Made by a program: the position numbers and the translations under genes. Under the pieces are notes generated by a model, which saw nothing but the letters and a program-made list of their open reading frames with translations, made no database searches and had not been told where the DNA came from. 64,000 bases of DNA, taken from positions 23,188,001 to 23,252,000 of the forward strand of contig OX597830.1 of assembly GCA_951406725.2 (NCBI GenBank). Direction: 5' to 3'. Positions within the stretch are counted from its first letter, which is position 1. Each line of letters opens with the position of its first letter. Origin of the DNA: Octopus vulgaris (lineage: Eukaryota). Positions 49,817-63,161 of this stretch are shown piece by piece.

Positions 49817-51311
49817 TATATATATATATATATATATGTATACACACACACAAAAGAAAAAGCTTGCACTAAGTAAACTACTTTCAAATGAACTCTGGAA
49901 ATTAATCTCGTAATAATAATAGTAGTAGTGGTGGTGGTAGTGGTGGTGGTAGTAGTAGTAGTAATAGTCATGGCTGTTATACATAACGACTAGTACACCT
50001 CTGTTTCTGAATCCGGTTCTCCAGTTCATTCCGTTCGTTCATTCTCGAGACTCTTGGTAATCTCCTCTCATTTGCAATGGCCTCTTTTTTTTTTTCCCCC
50101 TATTGTTCCACAAATTAAAATGTTTTTGCACCCCGCCCTGCCCAATCCTTATAATACAATCCCCTTTCTCCCCACCTCCAATTAACTGCAATTAGGGTGA
50201 GGTCATGCGATGTGGAGAGAACGGGGGGGGGGAGGAAGGATAAAAAGAATTCATTTGCCAGGAAGTGTGTGTGTGTGTGTGCATGTGGAGGTGGGAACAC
50301 ACAAAATATCATGACTTCGTCAACTTCACAGATAATTATAACTTCTAATTTAGGGATAAGGCCAGCAATTTGGGGTCAATTAAATTGACCCAAGTAGAAG
50401 ACTGGTATTTTATGGTATTGACCTTGGAAGGATGAAAAAATATGTTGCTTTCAGCAGGACTTGAACTCAGATTGTATAAAGACCGAATGCACACTTAATT
50501 AATGAATGATTCAGTCAATCCATTGCTCAAATAATTTCAAATTTATGCACAAGGCCAGCAGCCAGCAGATTTGAGGGAAGGTCCTCAAGATCAATGGGAG
50601 AAAGGAGATAAACAGCAAGGGCCTGGTTTGAATGTTTGTTAAAAGAGTTTAGTCTGCAAAGGGTACCCAAAGGCCAGACAGGTAATCAAAGGTGATTAAT
50701 CACAATAATGAATGGTCCTTCAACCACACTTCTACACAATGCCTGTCGATCAAATTCTACTTGCATGACTATGAAAGAAAATGACTACCCAAAGTGAAAT
50801 GCAGTGGAGTTGAACCTGAAATCACATAGATATGAAGCGAGTACCTCAGCCAGACAGTCATGCTTGGATCAATCAATTTAGTTGCCTCCGATACAGCAGC
50901 ACTTAATTGCTATTTAATTTATCAACCTTTGAAATAAAGAGTGAAGCAATATTGATCCTGATAAGATTCAAAATTGGAACATAATTATATGTAACAGGAA
51001 AAGAAAAAAAAATGTAGATTAGCTGTGTGGTTAAGAAGTTTGCTTCCCAATCATGTGGTGTGAGGTTCAACCTCAATGTGTGGCACCTTGGACAACTGTC
51101 TTCTACTATAGCTCCATGCAGACCAAAGCCTTCCTTGTTAGTAAATTTGGCAGATGGAAACTGGAAGAAACTTGTGTAATATGTATATGTATGTCTGGGG
51201 CATTTTCATTTTGTCTAACTTTAAAGTTTTTGACACTACACATTTTTGGAAGGACCTTTCCTAGACACAAAAATACTACAGCTACATGTGTTTAACAATA
51301 TATACATATTA

Positions 51312-51369
<58 letters not shown>

Positions 51370-51786
51370 AGACATCTTGTGAGGGTCATAAATGAGCATC
51401 ACTGTCATACAAGATGATGTTTGTTTCCAATCTTCAATGAAAAATATGCCTGGCCATAGAGAAATATTACCTGGTTTCAAAACAGGTGAGGATTGGTGAC
51501 AGGAAGGGCACATCTGACCATAGAAAATAAATTTGCTTTAACAAACTCTGCCTAACCCAAGTATTCATTGAAAAGTGTTGTTTAGTCACAATCTTTTAAT
51601 TGGACACAATGTGTGTCCATATATATATATATACCCTCTCCACTCATCACTGATGAGGCCCCAATAAGGAATGAAAATTGATTAAAGTAGTTTTTCATGC
51701 TTTTAGTTTCTGGTAAAATTGGTAAATTCGACAAGTTTGTATATCTACTACACAGGTTTATACGCACGCACACCTCTCTCTGACTT

Positions 51787-52143
51787 TTATTTGATTCAGT
51801 CGTTTGACTGTGCCCATGCTGCGGCAGCACCTTGAAGGGCTTTAGTCAAACAAATCAACTTCAGGACATATTTTTTTAAAGCCTAGCACTTATTCTATCG
51901 ATCCCTTTTACTGCACTGCTAAGTTATTGGAATGTAAACAAACCAACACTGGTTGTCAAGCAATGGTAGGAGATAAATACAGACACAAAGACATAGATAT
52001 ATACATACATATATATATACGTATATAACGGAGTTCTTTCAGTTTCTGTCAACCAAATCCACTCACAAGACTTTGGTCGGTCCAAGGCAATAAGTAGATG
52101 CTTGCCCAAGGTGCCATGCAGAGTGAAACTGAACCCATAACCA
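51787..52143 (-). mobile_element. SINE family A, older copy
   Basis: Diverged reverse complement of family A. Confidence 0.8.
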
Positions 52144-52266
52144 TATATATATGTCTAGCCGAAATTGCAAAGATAATCTGGTACTCGACTGAGGAAAGAA
52201 AACCCCGAATGACCCGCCCTTGTTTTCTTTGTATCATCTATCTGGTTGTTTTGTTGTCCCATTTTG

Positions 52267-52317
<51 letters not shown>

Positions 52318-52934
52318 ACACACACACAAACAAACAAGACTTAAAAATTAGCAGTTCAATTTATAGATCATAGAACCTAAATACTTTATACATATACACA
52401 AATTTAAAGAATGAAATATTTTCAGCCTTCAACAGTATTTGAAACCATGTACTAATTTTTGAAGATATGACTCTTAAGTGAAGAATTTTAATAACTTGGA
52501 AACATGGTTTTTAAAATGAGGAATTTTAATTTTAATTACAGAGTTCCAAAATAAACTGCATGTACACTGTCATCTAAGAAAAACAAGTGAGAAAGCTTGT
52601 GTGTGTGTGTGTTTGTATGCATGAGTGGGGGAGAGAGAGAGAGAGAGAGAGAGAAAGAAAGAGGAAGCTGAATAAAGAAAGAAAGAAAGAAAGAATGAGA
52701 AAAAGTCAAGAGAAACAGAAGGAAAAAGAAAAATCAAGAGTTTGACATCAGAAACTTATAAAGTTTCGCTTCTTCACACAATCTTCATTTCTGAGAGCTT
52801 TACCCCAGGGGCAGGCAGCGGGAATAAACTTTGGAACTGCGTATGAATTTCGAAGATGATTTGTTGGGAAACCATGCTGTTTCAAGACAAAATCAAATCT
52901 TTATCTCTTTATATTTGCATGTGTGTGTCTGCAT

Positions 52935-52974
<40 letters not shown>

Positions 52975-53060
52975 GGTAATAGAATAACACTTAATCAGCC
53001 AAGAAAGTAAAGATAATATAAAAACTACTAGTTTATTTTGCATGACTTGTGGTTTTTATC

Positions 53061-53149
<89 letters not shown>

Positions 53150-54951
53150 CATGTCTATATGAATATATTCACATATATATCCACACACACACACACGATA
53201 TACATAAATATATATTACACTTCTAAATGCATATATGTGTGAGTGTATATACACATTTGTCAGCACAGCATATATTTTATACCCACACAGTAAAAAAAAA
53301 AAATGCGGTCTATCCAAGGCCAGCATACGAAATACGATGCAGAACAATGTAACATGGGCAATAAATACAGAAGGCCTACCGAAATTTGATATGAAAATAC
53401 GTAAAAAATCTTTTCCATGTGTAGTGTCAACTTACGAGCAAAGTAAAATTAGTTGTAAAATAGTGACTGACATCAAAAGTATTAACTGATGCTTATGGAC
53501 ATGTAGACATGTGTGTGTGAATATCCTCCTCCTCATCATCATCAGCATCATCAACATCATTTTATATCCACTTTCCATGCTGGTAAGGGGTGGATGGGCT
53601 GACAAGATCCCACGTTTGTCTGTCAGAGTGACGAGGACCATCTCACAGTATCCCAAAAAATCTCTGATGACTGGCGCATTGACTTTGTTTCAAGTGAAGA
53701 AGAATTGTGTCAATCACACTCTCCGACTTGTGACCATCTTCAATCCAGTGGTAAGACCAGGTCAAGATGACCGCGGTCAGTGACAAATGCTGTGGATGAC
53801 CAAGATGTCTTATTCACTACATCATGCTTTCTGTACTCCACAATGCCTCGCTGTGGCTGCCTTTCACTCTATTGAACCTTGGAGGTTTCTTCTGCATAGT
53901 CTGCCATATCCAGTCTGCAAGTGTATAGGTAGGCAATAGTGGAGGTGCATGGCTCAGTGGTTAGGGTGTTAGACTCATGATTGTAAGATTGTGGTTTCGA
54001 TTCCTGGACCAGGTGACACGTGTTCTTGAGCAAAACACTTCATTTCATGTTGCTCCAGTCCACTCAGCTGGCAAAATTGAGTAACCCTGCGATGGACTGA
54101 TGTCCTATCCAGGTGGAGAATATCTACACAAAGGAAACTAGGAAACCAGCCCTTATGAGTCATTGTGACTCATGAAGGTAATTTTACCTTTTTTTTTTGT
54201 TTTTGTTAGGCAAGCCCTAATATACTTAATTAATCCACATAGACCTGGGGATAATAGTGGCTAAGAGGTGATTCCATTTTGTTCCAGTGTCCCAGTTTTA
54301 GCATAGTTTCTATGATTGGATGATCTTCCTAATGCCAACCAATATGTGACTTCAGCCCCTGTGAGGTCACCCTGTAACCTACAGAAATTGAGAATATTAG
54401 AAAGGGAGGTGGATTTTTATGGGCGGCGCTGAAGAGTTAAAGCATGATAGAAGGGTCACGAACAGGTTTGATATTATGGATGAAATTAAGGGCTGCTCGA
54501 TATTCTACATGGGTTGATGAGAGTCAATGAAGTGGAGCCAAAAAAATGGTGGTGATAAGATGCTAGAGTGTACTCTCATGGTACAGGAAGGTAAATTGAA
54601 GAGAGCACGGGGACAGAATATCAGGAACGTTTAAGGTTACAAGATGTGGGGAAAAGATTGAAAGATGGTTAGAAACAGGGGTAAGAATGAATGTAGCGGA
54701 CAAGATTGGGGGTGGGTAGCTGGAGTGGAGAAACAGTAAGAAGAATAAGGGATGGATATCAGAAGAAATGGCTCAAGGGAGAGGATGTGATGACTGGCAG
54801 TACAGAAAGTGGGGCAGATAGTCAGCAGCAAAATATGGTAGATAGGGGAATAATGAAGGGACAGTTGACAAAATGATGTAAAAGAGAGATGTGTATGTGT
54901 GTATAACACACATATACATACACATACTTATCACACACACAGATATATATA

Positions 54952-55329
54952 CTAGCAGTATCGCCCAGCGTTGCTCGGGTTTGTAAGGGAAATAACTATA
55001 TAAGCATTTTTAGAGAGTTATAGCAAAAAATGCATTAAAAATGGGAAAAAATGATGGTAAATTATTTTTTAAATCGTTGACTCATCGTAGACATTTTTAG
55101 AGAGTTACTTTCCTTATATAATAGCGAAAAAATGCATTAAAATGGAAAAAAATGATGGTAAATTTTTTTTTAAATCGTAGACGCGCGCTAATACCCAGAA
55201 GGGCTCGATATGAATCACAACTATAAGATATCCGGTTTTGGTTAAACTGCACCGCAAAATGTAGGAGTAGTTAGGAATCTAAATCATAGGAGACAGACAC
55301 TCACACAACTTCACTTTTATATATATAGA
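54952..55329 (-). mobile_element. Non-autonomous Helitron-like element
   Basis: A|TCTATATATATAAAAG...CCCGAGCAACGCTGGG-CGATACTG-CTAG|T; 3' end shared with 49436-49816. Confidence 0.8.
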
Positions 55330-55717
55330 TATGTGAAAGAGAGGTCTTTTTTCTTTGTTCAGTTTCTTATGTTTTCTTATTTTTTGTGCATAATTTCATT
55401 TATTTAAGATACTGACACATGCAGTCTTATTTGCGTGCATAAAACATACAACTACTTTCTTTAGATTATTGTGACCTTTCTCTCTCTTTCTTGCTTTTCT
55501 TTCTTCCCCCCTTCTCTCAACTCCACTGCCTTCCTTTCTTTATCTACTCTACCTGCTTTCTTTTCTCTCTATGGCACTTGTTTCTGCTCTGGTCTGTTAT
55601 CGTTTTTTCTCATTTCAGTTTGCTTGGTTTACACACCAGTTTTTTTCTCACCATTCCTTGCACAAAGGCATATATCTGAACACCAAATCATTTATTTGCT
55701 TTTGCCTTTTAGTATTG

Positions 55718-56042
55718 TACATGTTGCACTATTGCTTTGTTTTATTTTAATTTTAAAAGACTCAGGGTATTTTTTTTATGCTTATTGCTAAATTTTAACC
55801 ATATATTTGTTCATGTTCTTGTATTTTCTGTGTCCCAATCACTAAGATTTAACTTATATTTTTTATCTTTTGTGACAACTGTTGTCACAAAAGATAAAAA
55901 ATATAAGTTAAATCTTAGTGATTGGGACACAGAAAATACAAGAACATGAACAAATATATGGTTAAAATTTAGCAATAAGCATAAAAAAAATACCCTCAGT
56001 CTTTTAAAATTAAAATAAAACAAAGCGATAGTGCAACATGTA
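55718..56042. repeat. Near-perfect 325-bp palindrome centred on 55880 (162-bp arms, 1-nt spacer)
   Basis: Arms are reverse-complementary with two mismatches seen; ORFs 55737..55949(+) and 55811..56023(-) translate identically. Confidence 0.97.
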
Positions 56043-56801
56043 TGTTCATGCTACACAGGTAGCAGATCTGTCTAATATATTGAAACCATGTAAATCATTA
56101 GAGGCAGAGCTGATGAGGGGTATTTCCTCATTTACTGTGTCATCTATTTGTTTTCATCAATTGTGCCTAATTTCTCATCTACATCCATATACATGTCTGT
56201 CCTAGCTGGTGTTTGTTATACTAGTCTGAAAGCTGGTGTTGTTCTGTATCTGCTCATACTTTGCAACTTAGCAATCTGATAAATATAGATTGATAAAATA
56301 AATACAAGACTAAAACAAATAATGATGTCAATATGATCAACTAAAACTTTGGAAAGTGATATTCCTAGATAGACATAGTCCACTGACTGAAAGAACGAAA
56401 AAAATACACATGAACACACGCACGCACACACACACACAGAGGCTGGAGCACTGCCTTGTAAGGTTAGCTGAACAAATTGACCCCAGTACTTATTCTGTCA
56501 GTCTGATTTACCAAAACACTAAGTTATAGGAATGTAAACAAACCAACACTGGTTGTGAATGCAGTGGGAGAACACAAACATGCATGTATGCATACACACA
56601 TACTCACAAAAGTAATTATTTGAACTTTGGGTATATGTCTAGTAGTGTGCCGATCAAAGCACTTACATCATTTAGGCTACCTGATGTTATCTACAGTTAT
56701 GGTATAATTATCACTGGATCTATGACGGGAATTCCACAGTGTTCACCGAGTTTGTAATGAATGAGGAAACAAGGAAATGGAATTAGCAAGAATTTTTATT
56801 C

Positions 56802-56906
56802 AACACGATTGTTTCAACACATCCTGTATCCATCCCTTACGTGTGGGATATTGCACATCTACGTTGTGTTGCATCCACCTTTGCAGGCTGCATTTCATCA
56901 GGTGTC
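56802..56906 (-). ncRNA. Degenerate type I hammerhead-like motif with an expanded, branched stem II
   Basis: GACAC-CUGAUGA-AAUGCAGCCUG...CAGGAUGUGUU-GAAAC-A-AUC-GUGUU, followed by AAUAAA. Confidence 0.55.
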
Positions 56907-57116
56907 ATGTTTTAAATAAGATACTTCGTTACATATACTAAATTTTGCTTGGCATATTGTGGTTGCCTGTAGGACATTGGCCATACTGACAGCGGATGGA
57001 AAATATTTCTGGGTTACAACTGGTCGATGGGTTTGGCTATAGTTCAGTGAATGCGTAGCATAAATTAAAGTAATATGATATATATTATATAAGAGAACAA
57101 AGTATATGTACGCCAC

Positions 57117-57500
57117 TAAGGCTTCATTTCCACACTCGCCAGCTTAATTCAATACGTCCTTAGTCAAAAGACACCTGTTGTTATATCCTGTTATTATTTT
57201 TATTGTATTTATATTTGTGTAACATTATCTGTTTATTCCGTCCTTGTTTTTGTGTGCATTCACTGCTTTCTTCCAGGGAATCTGATGCTCTTGGCCTGGT
57301 TTTTCCTTGGGGCTGGCCAGATTGGAGCAATCTCAAGAATAATCAGCCGAAATTGCAAAGATAGTCTGGTGCTTGACTGAAGAGGGGGAGCTTCGAATGA
57401 CCCGTCCTTACTTTCTTTGTATCGTCTATCTGGATGTTTTGTTGCCCCTTTTTGTGTCGCCTGGCTGTCCGGATGTTTTGCATTCTTGTCCCATTTTGTA
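57117..57500 (+). mobile_element. Probable PLE 3' fragment; its 3' part is also present at 52156-52270
   Basis: AGCCGAAATTGCAAAGATA.TCTGGT.CT.GACTGA.GA...CGAATGACCCG shared between the two loci; the start resembles a decayed LIF.LG.L.P.GLN terminus. Confidence 0.4.
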
Positions 57501-57520
57501 TTATGTATATATATATATAT

Positions 57521-57817
57521 ATCATCATCATCATTATCATCATCATCATCATTTAATGTCCGTTTTCCATGCTAGCATGGATTGGACGGTTTTGACTGAG
57601 GGCTGGCAACCAGATGGCTGCACCAGGCTCCAGTCTTGATCTGGCAGAGTTTCTACAGCTGGATGCCCTTCCTAACGCCAACCACTCCGAGAGTGTAGTG
57701 GGTGCTTTTTATGTGCCACCTACACGAGGGCCAGTCAGGCGGTACTGGCAATGACCTCGCTCGAATCTTTTTACACGTACCATCGACACAGGTGCCAGTG
57801 AAGCGACATTGGTAATG
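57521..57817 (-). mobile_element. Family C copy
   Basis: (CAT)n-TTTAATGTCCGTTTTCCATGCTAGCATGG...GGATGCCCTTCCTAACGCCAACC. Confidence 0.85.
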
Positions 57818-59159
57818 ATATATATATATATATATATGATGGGCTTCTACACAGCTCCTTTCTATCAAATTTACTCACAAGACATTAATTGACCCAGGGT
57901 TGTAGTAGAAAACACTCGCCCAAGGTGCCATTCAATTAGGTTGAACTAAAAAAAATCACATGATTCTCAAGTAAACTTCTTAACAATACAGCTGTGTCAG
58001 CAACTATATTTCCAACACACATACACATTTATATATGCATAAACACATACGCATATATGAGTATGTGTGTGTGTGTGTGTGTGTGTGTGTAACATGACAC
58101 AACACTACTTTTTTATAGCATAACAAATGTCTTAGAATAGGTAAGTAAATTAAGAAATTAAAATTGAATGCTAGGCTAATTATTATTTTTATTATTTTTA
58201 TCATCATTATATTTAACATTATTATTCTTCTTATTATTATTACTGTTATCTTTTATTATTTTTTTTTTTTTTTTCTCAATTTATCTAGAAATGGAAATCA
58301 TATCTTGAAAGATACATGAATCAATAAAACAGAATTTATGGAGAGAAAAAAAATATAATAATTATCTAAGTACAAAACAAATTGAATGTGGAGACACAAA
58401 TTTCATCATTAATAGAAATCGTGGTTCACTGCAATTGTCTATTAAATGAAAGAAACTAGTTTTCAGAAAGCGGTGGTGGTGGTGGTGGTGGTGGTGATGA
58501 GGTTGATGAAAGTGGAGAATGTGGCAGTAGTGGTGGTGGTGGTGGTAGTTGTTCTTTGGCGCTGTATCAGGCCCGATCCAGTTGGTATATGATCAAAGTC
58601 TTTCTAGCTGTGCAGGGTACCTTACGTTCAGGGTACCCTATGTGCAGGGTACCCTAAACTTCATAATTCGGTATGTCATTTTCTTTTTTTTCTAAGATGG
58701 TAAGGTGTAGTTGGGGGTGGTGTGGGGGTAGGAAGGGATATCTTGCTGCTATTTCTAGCAAGTTGAGTGACCATGTTGAGGCTTCTTAGCTGGTTCCTGG
58801 TGGTGGTAGTGGAGGTGGTGATGATGATGTTGAGACTGTATGATGTTGTGGTGGTGGTGGGGTAATGGTTTTAGTGGTGTTGATGATGGCAGTGGTGGTG
58901 CTCCAAATAGTGAGGGCAAAGGTGGTGATGGTGCAGAGGTTTGTAGTGTTGTTACAAACCTCTGGTGGTGGTGATGGTAGTGTTGGCGGTAGTAATGTTG
59001 GTGGTGTTGGTGAAGTTGGAAATTTGTGGTGTTTGCAGTAGAGGTGAGATTGTTGGTAGGGATGGTGGTAGTGGTAAAGTTGTTTGTGTGGGAGGTGATG
59101 GTGGTAGTGTGTGTGGAGGTGGTGAAGATATGATGCGGTGGTTTATAAGGTGTTGGCTA

Positions 59160-59358
59160 TGGTAGTAGTAGTAGTAGTACAGGTATTCAAGGTAGGTAGG
59201 CAAGTAAATAGGTAGTAGTTATAGTGGTAAAAGCAAGTAGTAGTAGTAGTATAGTGGTAGTAGTAGTAATAGTAATAGAAGCAACAGCAGTAATAGTAGT
59301 AGCAGTAGTAAAAGAAGTAGTAGTAGCAGCAGTAGAAGCTACAGTAGTAGTAGTAGTC

Positions 59359-59394
<36 letters not shown>

Positions 59395-59620
59395 AAAGCA
59401 ACAGTAGTCGTAGTAGTAGCAGTAGTAAAGGAAATAGTAATAGTAGTAGAAGCTACAGTAGTAGTGGTAGAAGCAACAGTAGTAGTAGTAGTAGTAGTAG
59501 TAATAGAAGTTACAGTAGTAGAAATAGTAGCAGTAGTAAAAGAAGTAGTAATAGCAGCAGCAGCAGTAGTAGTAGTAGTAGCAGCAGCAGCAATAACAGT
59601 AGGAGTAAATAATAGTAGTT
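59160..59620. repeat. (GTA/GCA)n compound microsatellite with higher-order repetition
   Basis: Recurring AGAAGC(A/T)ACAGTAGTAG interruptions. Confidence 0.85.
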
Positions 59621-60906
59621 GATGATGATGATTTTGGTGGTGTCAGTGCTGTTAGTACAACAGTACTAGTGACTGATGCTGTTGGTGGTAGTATAGGCAG
59701 TAGTGTTTGTAACTTATTCGTGTTGCTGTTTACAGCCAGATTGATCTGACTTTTCCATGAAAGAAATTCCAACCATGACACCCATGTCTTATTTTTCATG
59801 CATCGCGTGTCTACAACTGCATCTTCTTAAATATGTCCTTCCTTTCTTTTTTTTTTTCAAGAAAGTTGCATGTGTGCAATTTGATTTGAGGGAATTTTAG
59901 CTGCTGTTTTCAGCAGATCAAATGAACCATATAGAAGAGTATGGTGTAGTTGCAGTTGTTGCTGATTCAGTAAGCTTAAGATCTTAAAGTGTTCTAACCA
60001 TGACCATCCTGAATTTTGTTTTCCATGGCCACACTATGTTATTTCCCTTCTTAAAAATAGTAGGGTGCAGATGGAGGGAGGGAGGGAGCAGAGGGTTTGG
60101 CTGCTATTTCTAGTAAGCTGAGTGACCATATACAGGACCCCTTGTTGGCTTCTCTGTTAGTGTCGCTGTTGCTGATGGTATTATTGATGATGGTAGTGTT
60201 GGTTGGGTACTGGAAGCGGTTGGTGGTGGCACAGGTGGTGATGACAGTGGTGGCTGAGGAGAAGATGGTGGTGGCAGTGGTGGTAGTGATAGAGATGGTG
60301 GTTGATATGGAGGTGATGATGGTGGTGGTGGTGGTTCAGGTGGGGAAGAAGATGATGATAGTGATGGAAGTGGTTGTGGTGGTAATGGTGGTAGTGAGTG
60401 TGGTTGAGTGGTGATGATGATGGCAGCAGTAGTAGTGGTGATAGTGGTGGCTGGTGGTATTGTTTAAATTAGAATAGAAAATTCTATATTTAACATGTGA
60501 TATGCTTTTTTTTTTGTTTTTGTTTTTTATTACATATTGACTCTGGAATTTTATTTGGAACTTTCTGTCTGTTCACTTCCTGTATTTTTATCTTTGATAT
60601 TTTCTTATTCAAAGAACATTTTTGATTTTCTAGATCTGGAGTTAAAAATACAATGTCACAGTCACATATGATCTCTCTCTCTCTCCCTTTCACACACACA
60701 CACACACACACGCACACTGAGACAAATGCACTAACACACATGTACAATCACACTAGCAGGCACATATGCACATACACACATGAATGTGTACATACACAAA
60801 TGTGCACACACACACAGATGACACACACAAACACACACAGAACACACACAGATCACACACAGACAGATGACACACTGACAACACACACAGACAACACACG
60901 CACAGA

Positions 60907-60941
<35 letters not shown>

Positions 60942-61498
60942 TGTTACAGAGCTGTACAAGGAGTGAGATGAGAGAATGGCAACTGGCCAAGACAATAGGG
61001 TGAAATACTGGCACACATAAGACGACAGAAGAAAATGTCTACAGTTTCTATCTCATCATCGCCATTGCTGCATTTATGACCCTTGCCAAAAACACTTAAT
61101 TCTCAAATAATATCTCAATCAAATCCTGCTGTAAATGGGGGCATTGTCTTGGTTGAATAGATATAACCCCTTTTACCTGGCTCGGCACTTCCGCATAGTC
61201 TTCAGTGATTTTACCAAAGACCTGTTCTTGTTATAAGCATTTGAGTCAGATCTCTAGGGTTTCCAGGGTCCCCAGGCTGAGGGAAACTCAATATCTTCAT
61301 GTATTGTTTACTGAGAAACTAATACAGTTTATGGTCTCCTCTCCCTATCAATCTCAGAGATCCTACAAGGTTCATGGCAACAGCCCTTTCCCGCCGCCGC
61401 CGCCATCATCATCATCATCATCATCATCATTATTATTATTATCATCATTATTATTATTATTATTATTATCATCATTATTATTATTATTATTATTATCA

Positions 61499-61532
<34 letters not shown>

Positions 61533-61548
61533 CATCATTATTATCATC

Positions 61549-61745
61549 AAGGCGGTGAGCTGGCAGAATTGTTAGCACGCTGGGCAAATTGCTTTGTGAC
61601 ATTTCATCCATCCTTACGTTCCGAGTTCAAATTCTGCTGAGTTCGACTTTGCCTTTCATCCTTAAGTACTAGTTATGTACTGGAGTCAATGTAATCGACT
61701 AGCACCCCTCCCTGAACTTGCTGGCCTTGTGCCAAAATTTGAAAT
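61549..61745 (+). mobile_element. SINE family B
   Basis: AAGGCGGTGAGCTGGCAGAA...GAGTTCAAATTC...GACTTTGCCTTTCATCC. Confidence 0.82.
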
Positions 61746-62130
61746 TCTTCTTCTTATTATTATTTATTCATGTTCCCTGCTGACATGGATTGAATGATTT
61801 GAAAGATCCAATGGACCTAAGGACTTTGTCATGCTTCAGCATCTGCTTTATCATGGTTTCTGCGGCTGGATACTCTTCCTAACACCGACCACTTTAGAGT
61901 ATAATGTGGTGCTTTTATCATGCCAACTACATTTGCAAAACTACAAATCCTAGTGGTTGTTTCTGGGGGCAACTTTATGTTAGGAGATGAGGGACAAAAG
62001 AGGAGTAAAAGTATGAGAAGAGGGGCCAGAGCAAAAGGAATTTCTTCCTGTAGAGGAGGAGCCACAAAACTCACATTTTAGAAGGGAGTATTGTCCTCCT
62101 TTTATACCCTTGAACCCTCAACCCTTAAAT

Positions 62131-62458
62131 CAATGGTCCTCAACCGGGGTCCATATAAGATCTTTGGGTGTCCACGCAACAAATAAGTAAATTGGGAATC
62201 TACAAAAGTATTTTAAGGGCCCCTGAAAATATTCTGCTTTAGTTGTATGTATTGGTATATATTGCAAGAAACAGCTGGGTTTCTTTCTCTAACATTTTCC
62301 ATAGTTCAACCTACAAGTTAATGTGTGAAAAACAAAATAGGAATTCAGAAAGAAGTTTCTATAAAATTTGTTTTTAAGCATCAAATGGCTACAGGGGTCC
62401 ACCAGAATAAAATAGTAATCAAAGGGGTCCATAGATAAAAAGTGGTTGAGAACCCCTG
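62131..62458. mobile_element. hAT MITE, single-unit relative of 21261-22167
   Basis: TIRs CAATGGTCCTCAACC / GGTTGAGAACCCCTG; shared internal blocks. Confidence 0.8.
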
Positions 62459-63006
62459 CTCAAATGAGTCATGGTGTGTTGTCATGACATTAGGGGTGAG
62501 TTGGGTACTTGACCTTTTTGTTACCATACTCTACTGAAATATACTGCTTTTAAATTTAATTTTGAAAATAATCGCAAATTTAATATAATTAATTTTGTTG
62601 TTCATCTGATGTTTGAAACATAAATTGACATGAATTTTTTTTTATGTAATGTTTTAATTTACGTAAAAATACTTAATTATAGGGATGTAAGCAGACCGAC
62701 ACTGGTTGTAAAGCTGTGAAGGGACAAACACAAAGCGTCACACACACACATATACGTATGTCAGTTAATACAAACAGGAAAAAAGAACTCCAGACACGAC
62801 ATGTGTATGTGTGTGTGTGTGTATCCTTTTCCTATTTTCCAATTTTTAATTGGCTGAAGTTACAAAGTGACTCAAGACCCGAGAGTTTTGTGCAATACAC
62901 CAAGCTAAGTATCATTTATGAAATTCTTGGTTTTTGAACTTCTTTGCATTTTTTGTTGACTAAAAATATAAAAAATACATGTATACACACACACATGCAC
63001 ATACAT

Positions 63007-63161
63007 GAAAGGCTTCTTTAAGTTTTAGGCACCCAGATTCACTCACAAGGCATTGGTTGGCTTGAGGCTATAGTAGGAGACACTTGCCTAAGGTACCGTG
63101 CAGTAGGATTGGACCCCAAATTATGCGGTTCTGAAGTGAGCAGCTTAACCACATAGCCACT
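63007..63161 (-). mobile_element. SINE family A, 5' half
   Basis: CACTCACAAGGCATTGG...GACACTTGCC.AAGGT. Confidence 0.75.

Noticed and set aside
51645-51690. CTGATGAGGCC...GAAA hammerhead-like remnant (also CTGATGAGG at about 56110)
   Set aside because: Stem II or the cleavage-site region does not pair well enough to call
59143-59799. Poly-Tyr/Cys and poly-Val ORFs (similar His/Thr/Val/Met-rich ORFs at 10.4, 17.4, 31.0 and 61.4 kb)
   Set aside because: Translations of trinucleotide microsatellites
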